This document shows positions 31,547-34,250 of a stretch of 34,250 nt of DNA, one piece after another. This DNA comes from an uncultured Gammaproteobacteria bacterium. Lineage in GTDB: Bacteria > Patescibacteriota > Patescibacteriia > UBA2591 > UBA6264. Numbering within the stretch: position 1 is the stretch's first letter; the number at the start of each line of letters is the position of its first letter. The notes beneath the pieces are model-generated. The model did not search any database. It was not told the origin of the DNA and saw only the letters and a program-made list of their open reading frames with translations. Position numbers and translations under genes: made by a program. The stretch spans positions 1 to 34,250 of the forward strand of contig CAZXPA010000002.1 in NCBI GenBank assembly GCA_964642485.1, read 5' to 3'.

Positions 31547-31715
31547 TACATTATAAATTCTAAATCCTAATTTCTAAATCCTAAACAAATTCAAAATTCT
31601 AAATTCAAATGTTCCAAACAAAAGATATCTATTCTTAAATTTGAAAATTGAGATTTAAATATTATTTAGAATTTCGGATTTAGGATTTCGGGATTCCTGC
31701 CGTAGGCAGGTCATA

Positions 31716-32067
31716 GGGGGTGAAAGGCATCGATAGGAAGATAGAAATGAAAGCGGCTCTTTGTCTTGAGAAAGACATAAAATTTCTCAAAGAAAATAAT
31801 TGCCAACGAAAAGTTAGCTTTTGCTGTTGCTTAAAAAAGCTGCAGCCGCTAAGACTAAAGACTCCTACTATTTAGTTATTAGCGTCAATTCAGTGGGATC
31901 GGTGTTCTGAAGACCTGAACCAGAATACTTAAAAAAATCAGGCTAAGATTTTAGAGATTTGTCTGGTTTAAGCTCTAAAATCCGAAAAAAATTAAACTAG
32001 ACTATAAGAGTAGATGCTCCTCATTAACACTTCTTAGACGGGAGTTCAATTCTCCCCACCTCCACCA
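31716..32067 (+). ncRNA. ssrA: tmRNA (SsrA), tag ANEKLAFAVA
   Basis: 5' GGGGGTG pairs with 3' CACCTCC-A-CCA, giving G3:U70. T-arm GGGAGTTCAATTCTCCC. Tag reading frame GCC AAC GAA AAG TTA GCT TTT GCT GTT GCT TAA at 31802-31834. Confidence 0.9.
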
Positions 32068-32151
32068 CAGAAACAAATTAACAACTAAACAACTTAACAA
32101 TTAAACAAAGAATAAAAAAAACAAAATCAATTCCATGGGATTTTGTTAGAA

Positions 32152-32168
32152 TGTTAAAATGTTAAAAT
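32152..32168 (+). promoter_or_regulatory. Two overlapping extended -10 boxes (TGtTAAAAT x2), 6 nt upstream of the infC GTG
   Basis: atgttaaaatgttaaaat-gattta-GTG. Confidence 0.45.
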
Positions 32169-32174
32169 GATTTA

Positions 32175-32681
32175 GTGAAGTACTATCGCTTTAACAATCA
32201 AATATCTGCAACCCAGGTTCGCTTGATTGACGAAAATGGTAAACATTTAGGTACAATTGAAACCACTAAAGCCTTAGAGATGGCTCGAGGAAAAGGATTA
32301 GATTTAGTAGAAATCGACCCAAAAGTAGATCCACCAATAGCAAAAATTCTGGATTTTGGTCGATTTAAATATGAACTAAAGAGAAAAGATCGACAACAAA
32401 AAAAACAACATAAGGCCGGCGGTATTAAAGGGATTCGTCTGACACCAAGAATCGGCAAACATGACTTAGAGCTCCGAGTTACTAAGGCTAGAGAGTTTCT
32501 TTTAGAAAAACAAAAAATAAAAATTGAAATGGTTCTCCGGGGCAGAGAAAAAGCCCACTTTGATCTGGCTGAGAAACTGGTGAAACACTTTATTGAATTG
32601 CTTGGCGAAGAAATAAAAATTGAACAACCGCCAAAAAGACAAGGTAGCCGGTTGATTGCTGTGATTAGCCCTACCAAGTAA
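32175..32681 (+). CDS. infC: Translation initiation factor IF-3
   Basis: NNQISATQVRLIDENGKHLG...LDLVEI...PIAKILDFGRFKYE. Non-ATG (GTG) start, as is usual for infC. Confidence 0.95.
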   Translation: MKYYRFNNQISATQVRLIDENGKHLGTIETTKALEMARGKGLDLVEIDPKVDPPIAKILDFGRFKYELKRKDRQQKKQHKAGGIKGIRLTPRIGKHDLELRVTKAREFLLEKQKIKIEMVLRGREKAHFDLAEKLVKHFIELLGEEIKIEQPPKRQGSRLIAVISPTK

Positions 32682-32697
32682 GGTAATCTCTAAAATT

Positions 32698-32886
32698 ATG
32701 ACAAAAACACGCAAGTCAATTGCTAAAAGGTTAAAAATAACTAAAAACAAAAAAATCTTGCATCGAACCTGTGGACAAGATCATTTTAACGCTCGTGAAT
32801 CAAGAAAAATCACTAAAAGCAAACGTCGGTACAAACCTCTAAGTAAAAATCTAAGAAAAACACTTAAACAACACTTAAAAAAATAA
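32698..32886 (+). CDS. rpmI: 50S ribosomal protein L35
   Basis: MTKTRKSIAKRLKITKNKKILHR. Basic, 62 aa, in the infC-rpmI-rplT context. Confidence 0.9.
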   Translation: MTKTRKSIAKRLKITKNKKILHRTCGQDHFNARESRKITKSKRRYKPLSKNLRKTLKQHLKK

Positions 32887-33019
32887 CCTTACTAAAGTAC
32901 CAATCCTTACTAATAGTACAAATAAATCTATCAGTGAAATTGGTATAAATCCGTACATTCGTAAGGTCCTACTAATTTATTGGTAAAATTAGTATTTATT
33001 TGTAATTTTGTAAGGTCCT

Positions 33020-33364
33020 ATGTCAAGAGTTAAGCGGGGTAAACTCCACTTGAAAAAAAGAAAAAAAATACTTAAACAGGCCAAAGGTTATCGAGGGGGC
33101 AGAAAGAAAAAAATCAAACTGGCAAAAACAGCTATCCTCAAAGCTGGGGTTTATGCTTACCGTGATCGGCGGACAAAAAAAAGACAAGCTCGAGCTCTTT
33201 GGCAGATTAAAATTAATGCTGCCTGCCGAGAAAATGGCTTAACCTATTCTAAATTTATCTCGGCTCTTAAAAAGAATAAGATTGAACTTGATAGAAAAAT
33301 TTTGGCTGACCTGGCAGAAAACCATCCGAAAATTTTCTTTGAAATTATTAAAATGGTCCGGTAG
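33020..33364 (+). CDS. rplT: 50S ribosomal protein L20
   Basis: MSRVKRG...[10 protein letters not shown]...[23 protein letters not shown]. The stop codon lies inside tRNA-Asp. Confidence 0.95.
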   Translation: MSRVKRGKLHLKKRKKILKQAKGYRGGRKKKIKLAKTAILKAGVYAYRDRRTKKRQARALWQIKINAACRENGLTYSKFISALKKNKIELDRKILADLAENHPKIFFEIIKMVR

Positions 33365-33430
33365 ATCAATTGGAGGATCGTCTGCCTGTCACGCAGAAGG
33401 TTGCGGGTTCGAGTCCCGTCCGGACCGCCA
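33355..33430 (+). tRNA. tRNA-Asp(GUC), CCA encoded
   Basis: GGTCCGG/CCGGACC acceptor, anticodon arm TCTGC-CTGTCAC-GCAGA, T-arm GCGGG-TTCGAGT-CCCGT, then G-CCA. Confidence 0.9.
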
Positions 33431-33455
33431 TCCACTGTTTAAAACTAAAATACAA

Positions 33456-33487
33456 TAAAAAACCGTCTAAAAAACGGCTTTTTTTAT
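33456..33487. terminator. A/T-flanked short hairpin between convergent tRNAs
   Basis: aaaaaaccgt-ctaaaaa-acggcttttttt. Confidence 0.5.
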
Positions 33488-33489
33488 TA

Positions 33490-33565
33490 TGGTGCCCCCA
33501 GCAGGAATTGAACCTGCACTCTTGAGATCCGCAATCTCATGTTTTGTCCATTAAACTATAGGGGC
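33490..33565 (-). tRNA. tRNA-Arg(GCG), CCA encoded
   Basis: GCCCCTA/TGGGGGC acceptor, anticodon arm TGAGA-TTGCGGA-TCTCA, T-arm GCAGG-TTCAATT-CCTGC, then A-CCA. Confidence 0.8.
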
Positions 33566-33566
33566 A

Positions 33567-34064
33567 CTATATTCTTAGCCAGCGATTCAGGCGATCAATT
33601 AAAGTTTCTTCTTCTTTACTTAAATCTTCTTCTAAATACTCTTTTAAAATCTTACGAATCTCTAAGGGGTTCTGGCCTTCTAAAGAAACAGAAAGATCTG
33701 GTATTAAAACACTTTTTAAATCAAGATAAAGTCTTTTTGTTTCTGGCGGTCGATAAACAAGACGGAAATTTCTAATTTCTGACCATTCATAGAACCTTGA
33801 CCCGACCATTAAACCATCTTCAAAAACTTTGAACTCAACCTTTATTGGTGTGCGTCTAAGATGGAGAATAAAAATCAGGCCAAATAAAACCAAAAAAAGA
33901 GTAAAAAGAAAATTAGCTGTTAAAAAAGAATAAAAAATGGCGATCACCAGAACAAGACCAACAATCACATACCACGACTTACTTCTCTGGTACTGAGTAT
34001 ATTCTGGAAAGTGCCATTTTAAAATAACTTGACCGTGGTCTTCTTCTTTTTTTTCTTTAGGCAT
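33567..34064 (-). CDS. Hypothetical membrane protein (2 TM + soluble C-terminal domain)
   Basis: Two adjacent hydrophobic helices (WYVIVGLVLVIAIFYSF, FLFTLFLVLFGLIFIL). No recognisable family. Confidence 0.6.
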   Translation of the reverse strand: MPKEKKEEDHGQVILKWHFPEYTQYQRSKSWYVIVGLVLVIAIFYSFLTANFLFTLFLVLFGLIFILHLRRTPIKVEFKVFEDGLMVGSRFYEWSEIRNFRLVYRPPETKRLYLDLKSVLIPDLSVSLEGQNPLEIRKILKEYLEEDLSKEEETLIDRLNRWLRI

Positions 34065-34089
34065 AGTAAATTAAATTATCAAAAATTCA

Positions 34090-34179
34090 TGGCGGTGGGG
34101 GTGGGATTCGAACCCACGGTACCTTTTCAGGTACAGCAGTTTTCAAGACTGCCCGATTCAACCGCTCTCGCACCCCACC
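34090..34179 (-). tRNA. tRNA-Ser(UGA), CCA encoded, long variable arm
   Basis: GGTGGGG/CCCCACC acceptor, anticodon arm GCAGT-CTTGAAA-ACTGC, variable arm gtacctgaaaaggtac, then G-CCA. Confidence 0.9.
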
Positions 34180-34250
34180 CGATAATAAAATTTTGTGGCG
34201 GTACCTTTTGGACAAAATCCGAACTTTTTTTGACGAAAATCCGGACTGCG

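Noticed and set aside
34180-34250. Possible additional minus-strand tRNA starting at tggcggtacc (34195)
   Set aside because: No T-arm (GGTTCGAA-like) or acceptor complement follows before the window ends.

Overview
AT-rich, gene-dense bacterial window. The content is most consistent with a Candidate Phyla Radiation / Patescibacteria-type genome; this is inference from content, with no database search run. Supported content: (i) housekeeping genes: thiI, a MacAB-like efflux set (adaptor, ATPase, two FtsX permeases), a Trx-CcdA fusion, malic enzyme, SDR, rplS, cmk, an RluA-family synthase, cca, trmD, a KH protein, rpsP, a sugar nucleotidyltransferase, rpmB, an M50 protease, rpsL-rpsG-fusA, and infC-rpmI-rplT. 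(ii) 12 tRNA genes plus one disrupted tRNA 5' half, and a tmRNA. (iii) an orphan 16S rRNA gene (minus strand) split by two ORF-less group I introns, with no 23S or 5S nearby. (iv) selfish or accessory genes: a GIY-YIG ORF inside a tRNA-Phe locus, two free-standing LAGLIDADG genes, a RelE/RelB pair, and a nuclease-rich block (secreted SNase, Cas4-like Fe-S nuclease, Zn-finger/HEAR/nuclease protein). Main hunt results: (1) A 60-bp three-stem palindromic element is present three times. Two copies sit in frame, in the same orientation and reading frame, inside thiI and the pseudouridine synthase gene, with compensatory stem changes between copies (Rickettsia-RPE-like behaviour). (2) In the tRNA-Phe gene, a 279-bp GIY-YIG unit sits between anticodon nt 34 and 35 and carries its own slightly degenerate copy of the tRNA 5' half. 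(3) A conserved TGnTAAAAT box lies 6-9 nt upstream of four start codons and 14 nt upstream of tRNA-Ile and of a fifth CDS (Trx-CcdA). The 16S 3' tail also reads CCUCAUUU instead of CCUCCUUA. Together these suggest leaderless or non-canonical translation initiation. (4) Two paralogous group I introns lie at E. coli-equivalent positions about 516 and 1498, both after UCGU. (5) A shared 19-bp palindrome lies upstream of two nuclease genes. (6) Several GC-rich hairpin families and locus-specific word-repeat spacers are present. No CRISPR array, IS element or prophage is evident.
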